From assembly GCA_030535455.1 (NCBI GenBank), contig JAUNJY010000013.1:2646-66645 (forward strand): a stretch of 64,000 bases of DNA, in the 5' to 3' direction. A model generated the notes under the pieces. The model saw nothing but the letters and a program-made list of their open reading frames with translations, had not been told where the DNA came from and ran no database searches. How positions within the stretch are numbered: the stretch's first letter is position 1; the number at the start of each line of letters is the position of its first letter. This stretch comes from a bacterium (GTDB lineage: Bacteria > Bacillota > Clostridia > Lachnospirales > Lachnospiraceae). Made by a program: the position numbers and the translations under genes. Of this stretch, positions 52,495-62,743 are shown piece after piece.

Positions 52495-52983
52495 GTGATA
52501 TGTTTGCTTCGTTCAGAACAACGGTTTCGTCTGATGCTTTGTGTTGGGGCACCTGTACTCTTCGGCATCCTGACTGGAATATTTAATGTCACAGATATTA
52601 TAAGGGTTTGCAAAAAGATACATCGACCACCGCTTACAGCTCCTGCACTCCTTATGGTTGTTGTATGGTTAGCTATTTACATAGCGATTGGTCTTGCAAC
52701 GTATCTTGTTCTTGACTCTCATATATATAAAGAAGAGAAACTATTGGCCCTTGGAGTATGTGCAGGACAGTTATTATTGCATACGTTTTGGATTATGGTA
52801 TTCTTTAATACTAGCCTTTGGCTGCTCTCTGCTTTCTTGCATTTACTTTATCTAGCCTTAGTTTTACTAAACACCTTGCTTTATTATAAAATTGATAACC
52901 GCTCTGGCTTGTTACTTGTTCCGTGTGCTGTAGTAAGCATCTACTACACGTATCTTAGCATCGTGATTATCTTTCTAAACTAA
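52495..52983 (+). CDS. TspO/MBR-family membrane protein
   Basis: RPPLTAP...VWLAIY...QLLLHTFW..VFF...GLLLVP; five TMs. Confidence 0.75.
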   Translation: MICLLRSEQRFRLMLCVGAPVLFGILTGIFNVTDIIRVCKKIHRPPLTAPALLMVVVWLAIYIAIGLATYLVLDSHIYKEEKLLALGVCAGQLLLHTFWIMVFFNTSLWLLSAFLHLLYLALVLLNTLLYYKIDNRSGLLLVPCAVVSIYYTYLSIVIIFLN

Positions 52984-53054
52984 AAAAGACGTGTCCTATT
53001 AATGATTTAAAATCGTTAATGTGACACGCCTTTTTTATAAACAGTAATTTATCG

Positions 53055-54377
53055 TTAAGAAGCTTCTACTTCTGTCTTTTTGCTAAAGTTTGGCCATCCT
53101 AAACAGATAAATACTAGACCGGATACTAACATCAGCATGGAGTACCAGTTATATGCCATAATCTCAACCGATGCAATCTGTGCAAGTCCAGCAGCTACTA
53201 ATAACTGTGCTCCATATGGTAATAGTCCGTTAAATGCAGAAGAGAATACATCAAGAATACTTGCTACTCTTCTACGATCTATATTATATTCATCTGCAAT
53301 ATCTCTTGCAATTGGTCCTGCCGTAATGATGGATACTGTGTTATTTGTTGTCGCGATATCAAGTAAGCTTACGATTGCTGCAATACTTAATTCCCCGCCT
53401 CTTGCGCTCTTCGTTCTTTTAGAAAGCTTTTCAAGTAAATAATCAATACCACCAAAATGATGCATTAACGCTGCCATACCACCAACCAAAACGGCGATGA
53501 TAGCTGTATTCTGCATTCCTGACATTCCTTCTTGCATAATGCTAAATGATTCGATGATTGTAAAATCTCCATGCAATACACCTAAAATAATACCTGTAAC
53601 CACACCAAGTGACATTACTTTTATAACATGTAATCCAAGTAAAGAGAACACGATTACAACAACATAAGGAAGAATATTAATTAAGTTAAAGCTATAATCT
53701 CCCCCAATTGCAACTACTCCCTTTGACTTTGTAAATAATGCAATTAAATTAATAAGAACGGCTGGTAATACCATCAGGATGTTCATTTTGAACTTATCCT
53801 TCATTTTTACTTCCTGTGTTCTGGTTGCTGCAATCGTCGTATCTGAGATAAAGGATAGGTTATCTCCAAACATTGCTCCGCCAATTACGATACCACAAAC
53901 TAATGCAATACCTACACCTGTCTTATTTGCAATATCAATACCAATTGGCATTAATGCTGCAATGGTTCCCATGCTTGTTCCCATGGCAAAACTTAATAAA
54001 CATCCAATCAGGAATAATCCTGGCAAGATCATATTGGATGGCAGTACGCTAAGTCCAATATTTACAACCGTATCTACGGCATGCATAGCACTTGCGATGC
54101 TATAAAAAGCTCCTGCTAATATAAAGATTAAGACCATTAAGATTAATGTATGGTCTCCGCCTCCTTGGCAGAAGATTTGCACTTTCTCATCAAATGGTGT
54201 TCTTGTTTCTTTTGTGCTTCCTGGTCTTTGTAAGGAAAGCGCTACCCCAACGGCGATTAAAATGCCCACCATTAATGGTAAGTTGTCAAAGCTTCCTGTT
54301 GCAAATCCAATTCCCATATATAATACTAAAAAAACAAATAAAGGGAGTAGGCCAACAATGCTTCCTTTTTTCTTCAT
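53055..54377 (-). CDS. NhaC-family transporter (amino-acid transporter subfamily likely)
   Basis: GTSMGTI, GAMFGDNLSFISDTTIAAT, PYGAQLL. Confidence 0.88.
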   Translation of the reverse strand: MKKKGSIVGLLPLFVFLVLYMGIGFATGSFDNLPLMVGILIAVGVALSLQRPGSTKETRTPFDEKVQIFCQGGGDHTLILMVLIFILAGAFYSIASAMHAVDTVVNIGLSVLPSNMILPGLFLIGCLLSFAMGTSMGTIAALMPIGIDIANKTGVGIALVCGIVIGGAMFGDNLSFISDTTIAATRTQEVKMKDKFKMNILMVLPAVLINLIALFTKSKGVVAIGGDYSFNLINILPYVVVIVFSLLGLHVIKVMSLGVVTGIILGVLHGDFTIIESFSIMQEGMSGMQNTAIIAVLVGGMAALMHHFGGIDYLLEKLSKRTKSARGGELSIAAIVSLLDIATTNNTVSIITAGPIARDIADEYNIDRRRVASILDVFSSAFNGLLPYGAQLLVAAGLAQIASVEIMAYNWYSMLMLVSGLVFICLGWPNFSKKTEVEAS

Positions 54378-54482
54378 GCGTTGTGTCTCCTCTTAAGTCA
54401 TACTATTTTGGTACGTTTTTGTATATTATCATTCCTTAAGGGGATATGTCAATGCATTTGCACCATATTTCTCATTTACGCC

Positions 54483-54722
54483 TTAACGCATTAAAGCTTT
54501 TGCATTCTCTGCCTGATCCTTCTTCACAAAGATGCTATATGTATAACTTGCTGCTGTATTTTCTCCAAAGCTTCCAATGCCTGCACGTCGGTCTGCAAAA
54601 CCGCTGGCAGTGGTACTTACGCATCGATCCTTATATTTTATATTAGCTTCCTCTAACACCGTTCGAATTCGATTGAATTCATTCATATCAATTCCACGAA
54701 ATACTTCTATATATCCTAACAT
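54483..54722 (-). CDS. Small hypothetical protein (DUF2007-like)
   Basis: IRTVLEEANI...YSIFVKKDQAENAK; AGAGG RBS. Confidence 0.65.
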   Translation of the reverse strand: MLGYIEVFRGIDMNEFNRIRTVLEEANIKYKDRCVSTTASGFADRRAGIGSFGENTAASYTYSIFVKKDQAENAKALMR

Positions 54723-54752
54723 CCTTTTATCCTCCTATTCTTGAACATAGTG

Positions 54753-54884
54753 CCTTCGACACTCGTGGCTCCCCTTCCCTCCATCCCCGGGAGAAGACAC
54801 TTTGCCGGCGCCGAATCTGGTCGCACTAGCGACATTCTCCTGTCAGGTGAGTGTGCATCTTGGCTTTCTGTTTTTTAGAAAGCC
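54753..54884. repeat. GC-rich structured intergenic repeat element
   Basis: Nested stems CACTCG/TGAGTG, GGAGAA/TTCTCC, TCGC/GCGA, GGCTTTCT/AGAAAGCC; shares blocks with 16835 and about 44905. Confidence 0.65.
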
Positions 54885-54934
54885 TTTTTAAATACATAGA
54901 GGGCTGGTAGAGAACTTTCCTATGATATAACAAA

Positions 54935-54967
54935 TACCCCTGTCAGCAGGAAATGCTAACAGGGGTA
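54935..54967 (-). terminator. glyA terminator
   Basis: TACCCCTGTCAGCA...TGCTAACAGGGGTA. Confidence 0.7.
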
Positions 54968-54977
54968 AACTTGCTTC

Positions 54978-56216
54978 CTAGTATAATGGATACTTGTCAG
55001 TAAGTGTTTTTACAATTGCCATTGCTTTTTCTTTGTTTGCGTCCACATCATCGATTACTAATGCGATTGCTTCTGCAACCTGATCCATATCTTCTGCCTT
55101 GAAGCCTCTTGTAGTCACAGCAGCGGAACCTAAACGGATACCACTTGTAACAAACGGAGACTGAGGATCATTTGGAATTGTATTCTTGTTGCAAGTAATG
55201 TTTGCAGCATCTAAAAGATGTTCTGCTTCTTTACCTGTAACATTTTTATTTTGAAGATCCACAAGTAATAAGTGGTTGTCCGTACCACCGGATACAATGT
55301 TAAATCCACGTTTTGTCAAGCCATCTGCCAATGCAGCTGCATTTTCAATGATATTTTTTGCATATTCCTTAAAGCTTGGGTCTAATGCTTCTTTGAAGCA
55401 GACTGCTTTTGCAGCAATCACATGCATTAAAGGGCCACCTTGGATTCCTGGGAATACTGCTTTGTTAAGCTTGTGTTCCGTTGCAAATTCTTCACTGGAA
55501 AGAATCATACCACCACGAGGTCCTCTTAATGTCTTATGAGTCGTTGTAGTAGTTACATGAGCATAAGGAATTGGGCTTTCGTGTAAGCCTGCAGCTACAA
55601 GGCCTGCGATATGTGCCATATCAACCATTAAGTATGCACCAACCATATCTGCAATTTCTCTGAAACGTTTGAAATCAATTTTTCTAGCATAAGCAGAAGC
55701 ACCTGCAATAATCATCTTAGGTTTGCATTCCTTTGCAATTTCTTCTACTTTATCATAATCAATATATCCTTCATCATTTACACCATAAGGTACGATGTGA
55801 AAATATGCTCCAGACATATTTACTGGGCTTCCATGTGTTAAATGTCCGCCATGGGCAAGGTTCATACCCATTACAGTATCACCTGGCTGTAATAAAGCAA
55901 AGAATACTGCCATATTAGCTTGTGCGCCAGAGTGTGGCTGTACATTTGCATAAGTACATCCAAATAATTCTTTTGCACGGTCTCTTGCTAAATCTTCTAC
56001 CACATCCACGTATTCACATCCGCCGTAATATCTCTTTCCAGGATATCCTTCTGCGTATTTATTAGTGAGAGGACTACCCATAGTGGCCATTACTGCTTTA
56101 CTAACAAAGTTTTCAGATGCGATTAATTCGATATGATCATTTTGTCTTCCTGTCTCCTGTCCAATTGCTTTTGCAATTTCAGGATCGTATGTTTGAATCT
56201 CATCAAAAGAATACAT
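54978..56216 (-). CDS. glyA: Serine hydroxymethyltransferase
   Basis: [32 protein letters not shown]. Confidence 0.98.
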   Translation of the reverse strand: MYSFDEIQTYDPEIAKAIGQETGRQNDHIELIASENFVSKAVMATMGSPLTNKYAEGYPGKRYYGGCEYVDVVEDLARDRAKELFGCTYANVQPHSGAQANMAVFFALLQPGDTVMGMNLAHGGHLTHGSPVNMSGAYFHIVPYGVNDEGYIDYDKVEEIAKECKPKMIIAGASAYARKIDFKRFREIADMVGAYLMVDMAHIAGLVAAGLHESPIPYAHVTTTTTHKTLRGPRGGMILSSEEFATEHKLNKAVFPGIQGGPLMHVIAAKAVCFKEALDPSFKEYAKNIIENAAALADGLTKRGFNIVSGGTDNHLLLVDLQNKNVTGKEAEHLLDAANITCNKNTIPNDPQSPFVTSGIRLGSAAVTTRGFKAEDMDQVAEAIALVIDDVDANKEKAMAIVKTLTDKYPLY

Positions 56217-56316
56217 AGTGCTACCTCCGTATAAATGTAGTTTATTTAATATTAGTTCTCATTATAAATCGAAACTAATTATAAATCTAGTATTATAATA
56301 AAAAGTTTCATTTTAC

Positions 56317-58176
56317 CTAAAATCCTACTGCGTTTTCCATTTCCTGTTCTTCAAAGTATACACCATGCCATACTAAGAACATGTAAACTGTCCAAATTCT
56401 TCTTGAATTGTCGAATTTGTCCGCCTTATGGTCTACAAGCAATTTACATAGATAATCGGTATTAAAGTATTCTTTTGCCGTCTCACTTGTAAATGTCTCC
56501 ATGACCTTATTATAGATATCGTCTTCTTTTAACCAGACACGGATTGGTACAGGGAAACCAAGTTTCTTCTTCTCTGCAACTTCTTCTGGCAGGTATTTTT
56601 CAGCAATATCTCTAAACAATGCTTTTGTTTTATGTGCTTTAATTTTACTATTTAGTGGAATTCCATGAGCTAGGTTGAATACCTCTTTGTCAAGGAAAGG
56701 TACGCGGCTCTCTAAGGAGTGTGCCATACTCATCTTATCTGCTTTTAATAAGATATCACCTGGTAACCAACAGTTGATATCAATATATTGCATTTTTTCC
56801 ACATCATTCAGATGTTTTACATCGTCATAGTATCTGCTAAGTACTTGTTGTGGAGTCTTATTTGACCCCTTCTTTGCTAACATCTTCTGACGGTCCTCAT
56901 AAGAGAACATGTTAGCATTTCCAATAAAACGTTCCTCTACTGTCTTGCTGCCACGGATCAAGAAGCTTCTGCCTTTGACACCTGCTGGTAACTTTTTCGC
57001 AATGGCCGCAACACCCTTACGAAGGACACGAGGAAGTTTTTGATATTTCCGTAAGTCCTGAGGCTCACAATAAATATTATATCCGCCAAATAGCTCATCA
57101 GAACCTTCTCCTGATAAAACTACCTTGATATCTTTTGCCGCTAGCTGATCAACAAAATAAAGGGCAACTGCAGCAGGATCTGCCAGTGGCTCGTCCATAT
57201 AATACATAACATCGGATAAGGAGTCAAAATACTCTTCTTTTGTTATGATCTTGCTGGTATTCTTGATTGCCAGCTTATCAGCCAGACGTTTTGCATATGT
57301 TACTTCATTATAGCGGCCATTTCCTTCAGCAAAACCAACTGTGTATGTTTTAGGAAGTTTGCTGACTGCCGTTAAGTAACTTGAATCTACACCACTTGAT
57401 AGTAACGATCCTACTTCAACGTCACTAATTAAATGGCTTTGTATGGACTCATTCAATGTTTCTTCTAAATGAGCCTTTAATTCATCTTCTGGAAGACTTG
57501 ACTCTTTTAAAAAGCTTGGTTTCCAGAAACAAGAAATTTTTACCTGGTTATTATTAAACTCTAACATATGACCTGGCTTTAATTTATAAATGCCTTTAAA
57601 GAAGGTCTCTTCCAATGGATCATATTGAAAGCTTAAATATTGTTCCAATGCATCAATATTTACCTGTCTTTCATATCCCGGAAACTCCAAGATACTTTTG
57701 ATTTCCGATGCGAACACTAAGTGACCACCGATTACTGCATAGTAATATGGTTTGATGCCGAAAAAGTCTCTTGCCGCAAAAAGACTTTGTTTTTCCTCAT
57801 CCCAGATTGAAAATGCAAACATTCCCCTTAGTTTGTCTACAATCTTTGTTCCATATTCCTCATAACCATGAACAATACATTCTGTATCTGCATTATTTGC
57901 AAATACATGGCCTTTCGCTTCTAGATCAGCACGAATTTCCTTAAAGTTATATATCTCACCATTGAAAACGATGACTTTTTTCTTGTCTTCATTATACATT
58001 GGCTGCATACCATGGTCTAAGTCAATAATGCTTAATCTTCGAAATCCTAATGCAACTTGATCTGTTAAATGAGTGCCACTCTGATCCGGTCCACGATGGT
58101 AAATCTTTAACATCATTTTTTCTAGTACTTCCTTGGAATTAGGAAGCTTACCAGTAAATCCACAAATACCACACAT
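56317..58176 (-). CDS. asnB: Glutamine-hydrolysing asparagine synthase family amidotransferase
   Basis: MCGICG, HRGPD, NGEIYN, LSSGVDSS, SGEGSDELFGGY. Confidence 0.93.
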   Translation of the reverse strand: MCGICGFTGKLPNSKEVLEKMMLKIYHRGPDQSGTHLTDQVALGFRRLSIIDLDHGMQPMYNEDKKKVIVFNGEIYNFKEIRADLEAKGHVFANNADTECIVHGYEEYGTKIVDKLRGMFAFSIWDEEKQSLFAARDFFGIKPYYYAVIGGHLVFASEIKSILEFPGYERQVNIDALEQYLSFQYDPLEETFFKGIYKLKPGHMLEFNNNQVKISCFWKPSFLKESSLPEDELKAHLEETLNESIQSHLISDVEVGSLLSSGVDSSYLTAVSKLPKTYTVGFAEGNGRYNEVTYAKRLADKLAIKNTSKIITKEEYFDSLSDVMYYMDEPLADPAAVALYFVDQLAAKDIKVVLSGEGSDELFGGYNIYCEPQDLRKYQKLPRVLRKGVAAIAKKLPAGVKGRSFLIRGSKTVEERFIGNANMFSYEDRQKMLAKKGSNKTPQQVLSRYYDDVKHLNDVEKMQYIDINCWLPGDILLKADKMSMAHSLESRVPFLDKEVFNLAHGIPLNSKIKAHKTKALFRDIAEKYLPEEVAEKKKLGFPVPIRVWLKEDDIYNKVMETFTSETAKEYFNTDYLCKLLVDHKADKFDNSRRIWTVYMFLVWHGVYFEEQEMENAVGF

Positions 58177-58308
58177 CTCATTATCCTCTTTTCTCACACA
58201 GTCCATTTAATTTTACACTATATTTACCATTTTTTCAACTTTCTGCCATTTTTGTTAGGACTATTATGATATAAGGTATCTTGTGGATTTACAACGCTTA
58301 AGCTTCTG

Positions 58309-59961
58309 TCATAGAGCACTCTCTTCGTTGGTTCTCTTTGACAGGTCTGTCTTTCTGACCTTATCACGTAATGCAAGCAGCATGGATGGTGAAACGCTTA
58401 ATTCATCATATCCATATTGCAGGAACGTTTCTGTGAGCGCAAGGTCTGCGCCTAATTCTCCACAAATTCCACACCAGATTCCTGCTTGGTGTGCATTATC
58501 TGCAACTAGCTTTAACATACGAAGGATGGCAGGATGATGTGGATCATAACTGGTATCTAGTTTCTGATTTTGCCTATCAATTGCCAATGTATATTGGGTC
58601 AAATCATTGGTGCCAACACTAAAGAAATCTACTTCTTGTGCAAGCTGATCTGAAATCATGACGGCAGCAGGTGTCTCGATCATAATTCCCAACTCACACT
58701 CTCGATAAGGAGTCTTCTCTGCGCTCAGTTCTTCCATTACTTCTGCAATGATTTCCTTAATCTTTCTCACTTCTTCAACAGAAATGATCATAGGAAACAT
58801 AATGGATACCTTGCCAAACATGGATGCACGGTACAAAGCCCGCAGCTGTGTCTTAAACATCTCTTTACGATCCAGGCAGATACGGATTGCACGATATCCC
58901 AATGCCGGATTTTCTTCCTTTTCCATATTAAAATATTCAATTTGCTTATCTGCACCAATGTCACAGGTACGGATAATGACTTTCTTGCCCCGCATCTTCT
59001 CTGCAACCTCTTTATAAGCCATAAACTGCTCATCCTCTGTTGGATAGTCGTCAGCATTCAGATACAGGAACTCGCTTCGAAACAATCCTATGCCCTCGGC
59101 ATCATTTTGAACTGCTTTTGGAACGTCTTCCACACCTCCAATATTGGCATACAAATGTATCTTCTGTCCGTCAAGGGTAATGCTTTCCTTGCCCTTTAAC
59201 TTAAGTAATAGTGACTTTGCAGCAACATGTTTCTCTTGTTTTTCTCTCATGTTTCTTACTGTCATTTCATCCGGCTCAATGTAGACAGTTCCAGTAAATC
59301 CATCTACGACTGCCTCTTTTCCATCGTATTCCTCTAGCAATTCAATATTGGTATTGATTAATGCAGGAATGTTCATGGTTCTGGCTAAAATAGCAGTATG
59401 TGACTGGCTGGAGCCATGTATCGTTACAAAGGCTTTTACCTTTTCTTTATCTAACTGGACTGTCTCACTTGGTGCTAAATCGTCTGCAACGATAATGGTG
59501 TCCATATCTGCAGTCCCTGTATCGGAACTATTTCCACTAAGTACATTTAATACCCGTTCCGAAACATCCTTGATGTCTGCGGCACGTTCTTTCATATACG
59601 CATCATCCATTGCCTCAAACAGGTTTGCAAAAGTATCAGCCGTAGATGCTACAGCAAATTCAGCATTTACCTTCTGGTCCTCAATCATGCCTATAATTGA
59701 CTCTATATAATCCAAGTCATCAAGCATCATCTGATGCACTTCAAATATCTGTGCATGTGCCTCTCCGACCTCTATTAACGCTTTTTCATACAGATCCTTT
59801 AGCTGCTCGATTGCAGATTGCTTTGCCACTTCAAAACGTTTGATTTCCTCTGCTGCATCCTTGATATGCTCACGCTTTATTAACTGCTCATTCCTTTTAT
59901 AAATTGATACTTTTCCAAATGCCACACCACTAAAGACTGCTGTTCCATTGAAGACTTTCAT
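58309..59961 (-). CDS. ptsI: PTS enzyme I
   Basis: SHTAILAR, GLFRSEFL, SVGTNDLTQY, GICGE. Confidence 0.96.
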   Translation of the reverse strand: MKVFNGTAVFSGVAFGKVSIYKRNEQLIKREHIKDAAEEIKRFEVAKQSAIEQLKDLYEKALIEVGEAHAQIFEVHQMMLDDLDYIESIIGMIEDQKVNAEFAVASTADTFANLFEAMDDAYMKERAADIKDVSERVLNVLSGNSSDTGTADMDTIIVADDLAPSETVQLDKEKVKAFVTIHGSSQSHTAILARTMNIPALINTNIELLEEYDGKEAVVDGFTGTVYIEPDEMTVRNMREKQEKHVAAKSLLLKLKGKESITLDGQKIHLYANIGGVEDVPKAVQNDAEGIGLFRSEFLYLNADDYPTEDEQFMAYKEVAEKMRGKKVIIRTCDIGADKQIEYFNMEKEENPALGYRAIRICLDRKEMFKTQLRALYRASMFGKVSIMFPMIISVEEVRKIKEIIAEVMEELSAEKTPYRECELGIMIETPAAVMISDQLAQEVDFFSVGTNDLTQYTLAIDRQNQKLDTSYDPHHPAILRMLKLVADNAHQAGIWCGICGELGADLALTETFLQYGYDELSVSPSMLLALRDKVRKTDLSKRTNEESAL

Positions 59962-60014
59962 TTTTACTTAAGCTCCTTTCCTTTCTTTTTTTCTCTGCTT
60001 CCATTTCCTGTATC

Positions 60015-60272
60015 TTAAAGATTTGCCTTCATAAAAGCTTCAATCTCAGCAGCTGCTGCCTCTTCGTCTTCGCCTTCAACTGTGACCTTTACTTCCTCGC
60101 CATTTTTAATTCCTAATGTCATAACGCCCATAATTCGTTTTGCATCTGCAGATTTACCACCCTTTTCAATGGTAATCTTACTAGCAAATCCACCTGTTGC
60201 CTTTACTAATGCTCCTGCCGGTCTTGCATGCATTCCATTGGGATCTGTTATGATATACGTAAATTCTTTCAT
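60015..60272 (-). CDS. ptsH: HPr phosphocarrier protein
   Basis: GMHARPA (His15), GEDE; DAKRIMGV in place of KSIM; start at MKEF. Confidence 0.9.
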   Translation of the reverse strand: MKEFTYIITDPNGMHARPAGALVKATGGFASKITIEKGGKSADAKRIMGVMTLGIKNGEEVKVTVEGEDEEAAAAEIEAFMKANL

Positions 60273-60366
60273 CGAAATCATTCTCCTTCCATAAAAATGG
60301 GTACTATTTTCCCTATCCTTTATTGTTACACCATTATTTTTTATCATTCATGGCAAATAAGCCTAA

Positions 60367-60401
60367 AAAAAGTGCCTGTCTTTGAGTCGACAGGCACTTT
60401 C
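60367..60401. terminator. Terminator after ttcA
   Basis: AAAGTGCCTGTC...GACAGGCACTTT. Confidence 0.75.
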
Positions 60402-60416
60402 TTTGTTATTATGCTA

Positions 60417-61343
60417 TTACTCTCTTCCGAGATCAATGATTTCTAATTTAGTTTCTCTTGGTTCTTCCGCAGGCTTTGGATTTCTTGCAGCTTCCTCACG
60501 CATACGTTGTCCTTTGATTTCATACTCTTCTAAGAAGTTTGTTGTTCCTTGAGAGTTATGGTGTCCGATAATTGTATCAAGGTTTACATCATGGGCACTC
60601 CTAAAGATATTCATATCGATGTTTGGATTTACCGTACGTAATCTCTTGATTAACTGTTTCATTTCTTGACGTTTTGAATTACCACCTTGGTTATCTGTGA
60701 TGGAGCAGTGTTCTGTAAAACGACATGCACATTGGATAAATGTTAAGTCGTTATATCTGCACCATGCTTTTACATTTTCTTCTTTGATCATGTACATTGG
60801 ACGGATCAATTCCATTCCCGGATGGTTTGTACTATGAAGTTTCGGCATCATTGTCTGCATTTGTCCGCCATAAAGCATGCCCATCATGATAGTTTCGATT
60901 ACATCATCAAAATGGTGTCCTAAAGCAATCTTGTTACAGCCTAGTTTCTGTGCTTCTTTATATAAATATCCACGTCTCATTCTTGCACATAAATAACATG
61001 GGCTTTGCTCAATGTCAGCAACAATATCAAAAATCTGTGTTTCAAACATCTTTAATGGAATGTTTAGCGTTCTTGCATTGTCGATGATCATTTGTTTGTT
61101 TTCTTCATTGTATCCTGGATTCATACATAAGAATTCTAATTCAAAATTCATCTGTCCATGACGTTGTAATTCTTGCATACATTTTGCAAGTAGCATGGAG
61201 TCTTTTCCCCCTGAGATACAGACAGCAATCTTGTCGCCTTCCTTAATCATTTCATAATTCTTAATTCCCTTGATAAATGGAACCCAGATTTCTTTACGGA
61301 AACGTTTGATAATGCTGCGTTCTATGTCTTTATATCTATCCAT
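60417..61343 (-). CDS. ttcA: TtcA-family tRNA thiolation PP-loop ATPase
   Basis: SGGKDS, CYLCARMRRG, GHHFDD, IRPM. Confidence 0.85.
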   Translation of the reverse strand: MDRYKDIERSIIKRFRKEIWVPFIKGIKNYEMIKEGDKIAVCISGGKDSMLLAKCMQELQRHGQMNFELEFLCMNPGYNEENKQMIIDNARTLNIPLKMFETQIFDIVADIEQSPCYLCARMRRGYLYKEAQKLGCNKIALGHHFDDVIETIMMGMLYGGQMQTMMPKLHSTNHPGMELIRPMYMIKEENVKAWCRYNDLTFIQCACRFTEHCSITDNQGGNSKRQEMKQLIKRLRTVNPNIDMNIFRSAHDVNLDTIIGHHNSQGTTNFLEEYEIKGQRMREEAARNPKPAEEPRETKLEIIDLGRE

Positions 61344-61359
61344 CTTTACTTAATCCTCT

Positions 61360-62481
61360 CTAGTTTGCTGTGTTAATAATTACTTGCTTTAATGCCTCTA
61401 CAAATCCTTTGATTTCCTCTTCGGTTGTAAGATGGCTCATGCTTATTCTTATGCAGCTTAATGCCGCTTTACGATCTCTTGATACGGCAAGCACTGCTCT
61501 GGACGGCGTGTTCGGTACGGAACAAGCTGACTTTGGTGATACCAGGTATCCTGCTTCTTCCAACGCTTCACGTAACGCCACTGATTTAAAACCTTTAACA
61601 CTTAAGTTCAAAGTATAAGGAATGCTTTTTTCCGTACTGTTAATGCGAACCTCTTTGCACTTCTTTAACTCATCTCTCAGTAAGTTATTTAATTTTGTCA
61701 CATGGCCATAACGCTGTTCTAAATTCTCATAAGCTAATTGTAACGCTTTTTCAGTTGCTACTGCCATGGCAAGTACTGGAGTTCCGCTTCGTTCCTCTGT
61801 AGTGGAAGCCCCTCCGTGGATGATTGGTTCTAGCTTTACTCCCTCTTTGCGAATCAGGATGCCTGCACCATTTAATCCAAAGAATTTATGTGGTGAGAAA
61901 GACACTAAGTCTACTCCTGTAAAATCTACTTCAATTTTTCCAACAGCCTGTGTTGCATCCGTATGGAAATGACAGTTTGGATATGCCTTTAAGATTTCTG
62001 CAATCTGGCTGATTGGCTGTTCTACACCAAGCTCACTGTCTACATATCCAACAGACACTAAAATCGTATCATTTCTTAATAACTCTTTTAGATGTTCTAA
62101 GTCCACAGTTCCATCTTGGTTGATATCTAATAAATCTACCTCATATCCTAATCCAACAAGATAAGAAAGCGCTCCGCTTACTGCCGAATGCTCTAATGCT
62201 GTGGATATAATATGCTTTCCTGACTGACGATACTTGGCTGCGATGCCTTTGATTGCCAGATTGTTTGCTTCACTTGCCCCTGATGTATAAATGATTTCAT
62301 TTGGCTTTACACCAAGTACAGATGCAATCGCCTCACTTGCCTTACCCATTCTCTGATTTGCCATGACGCCAGGCTGATGCAAAGAATTTGGATTGCCAAT
62401 ATAGTCTCTTGCTGCTGCAACAAAACTTTCAAGAACCTGTTCATCACATGGTGTGTTTGCAGCATAATCTAAATATACCAT
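61360..62481 (-). CDS. Cysteine desulfurase (IscS/NifS group I)
   Basis: YLDYAA, GNPNSLH, DATQAVGK, SPHKF, RSGT, SACS. Confidence 0.92.
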   Translation of the reverse strand: MVYLDYAANTPCDEQVLESFVAAARDYIGNPNSLHQPGVMANQRMGKASEAIASVLGVKPNEIIYTSGASEANNLAIKGIAAKYRQSGKHIISTALEHSAVSGALSYLVGLGYEVDLLDINQDGTVDLEHLKELLRNDTILVSVGYVDSELGVEQPISQIAEILKAYPNCHFHTDATQAVGKIEVDFTGVDLVSFSPHKFFGLNGAGILIRKEGVKLEPIIHGGASTTEERSGTPVLAMAVATEKALQLAYENLEQRYGHVTKLNNLLRDELKKCKEVRINSTEKSIPYTLNLSVKGFKSVALREALEEAGYLVSPKSACSVPNTPSRAVLAVSRDRKAALSCIRISMSHLTTEEEIKGFVEALKQVIINTAN

Positions 62482-62743
62482 TTTTGTTTTCCTGCCTTTA
62501 TATATATAAATACGTTACTTATTGTTTTCATTTATTTCTATTTTTACCGATACTAAGTGTAACATACTTTATTTATAACCCGCAAGGTATTTCCTATATA
62601 ACTTATATATTTAGAAGGTGTATTTCCTGTCTTCTAAGGTGTTTTGATAACTCTAAAGATACTCAAACAGAATTTTCTGCTCACTAAAAAATGCCCATAG
62701 AATTCAATGTATTAGAATTCTATGGGCATTCCTTCTGCTATAC

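Noticed and set aside
54378-54482. SAM riboswitch before the NhaC-family transporter
   Set aside because: The intergenic region is short and has no S-box motifs.
54738-54747. TTCTTGAACA as a fifth att copy
   Set aside because: Only 10 bp match and the flanks are unrelated; consistent with chance.
56217-56316. ZTP or glycine riboswitch before glyA
   Set aside because: About 100 bp of very AT-rich DNA without the conserved aptamer motifs.
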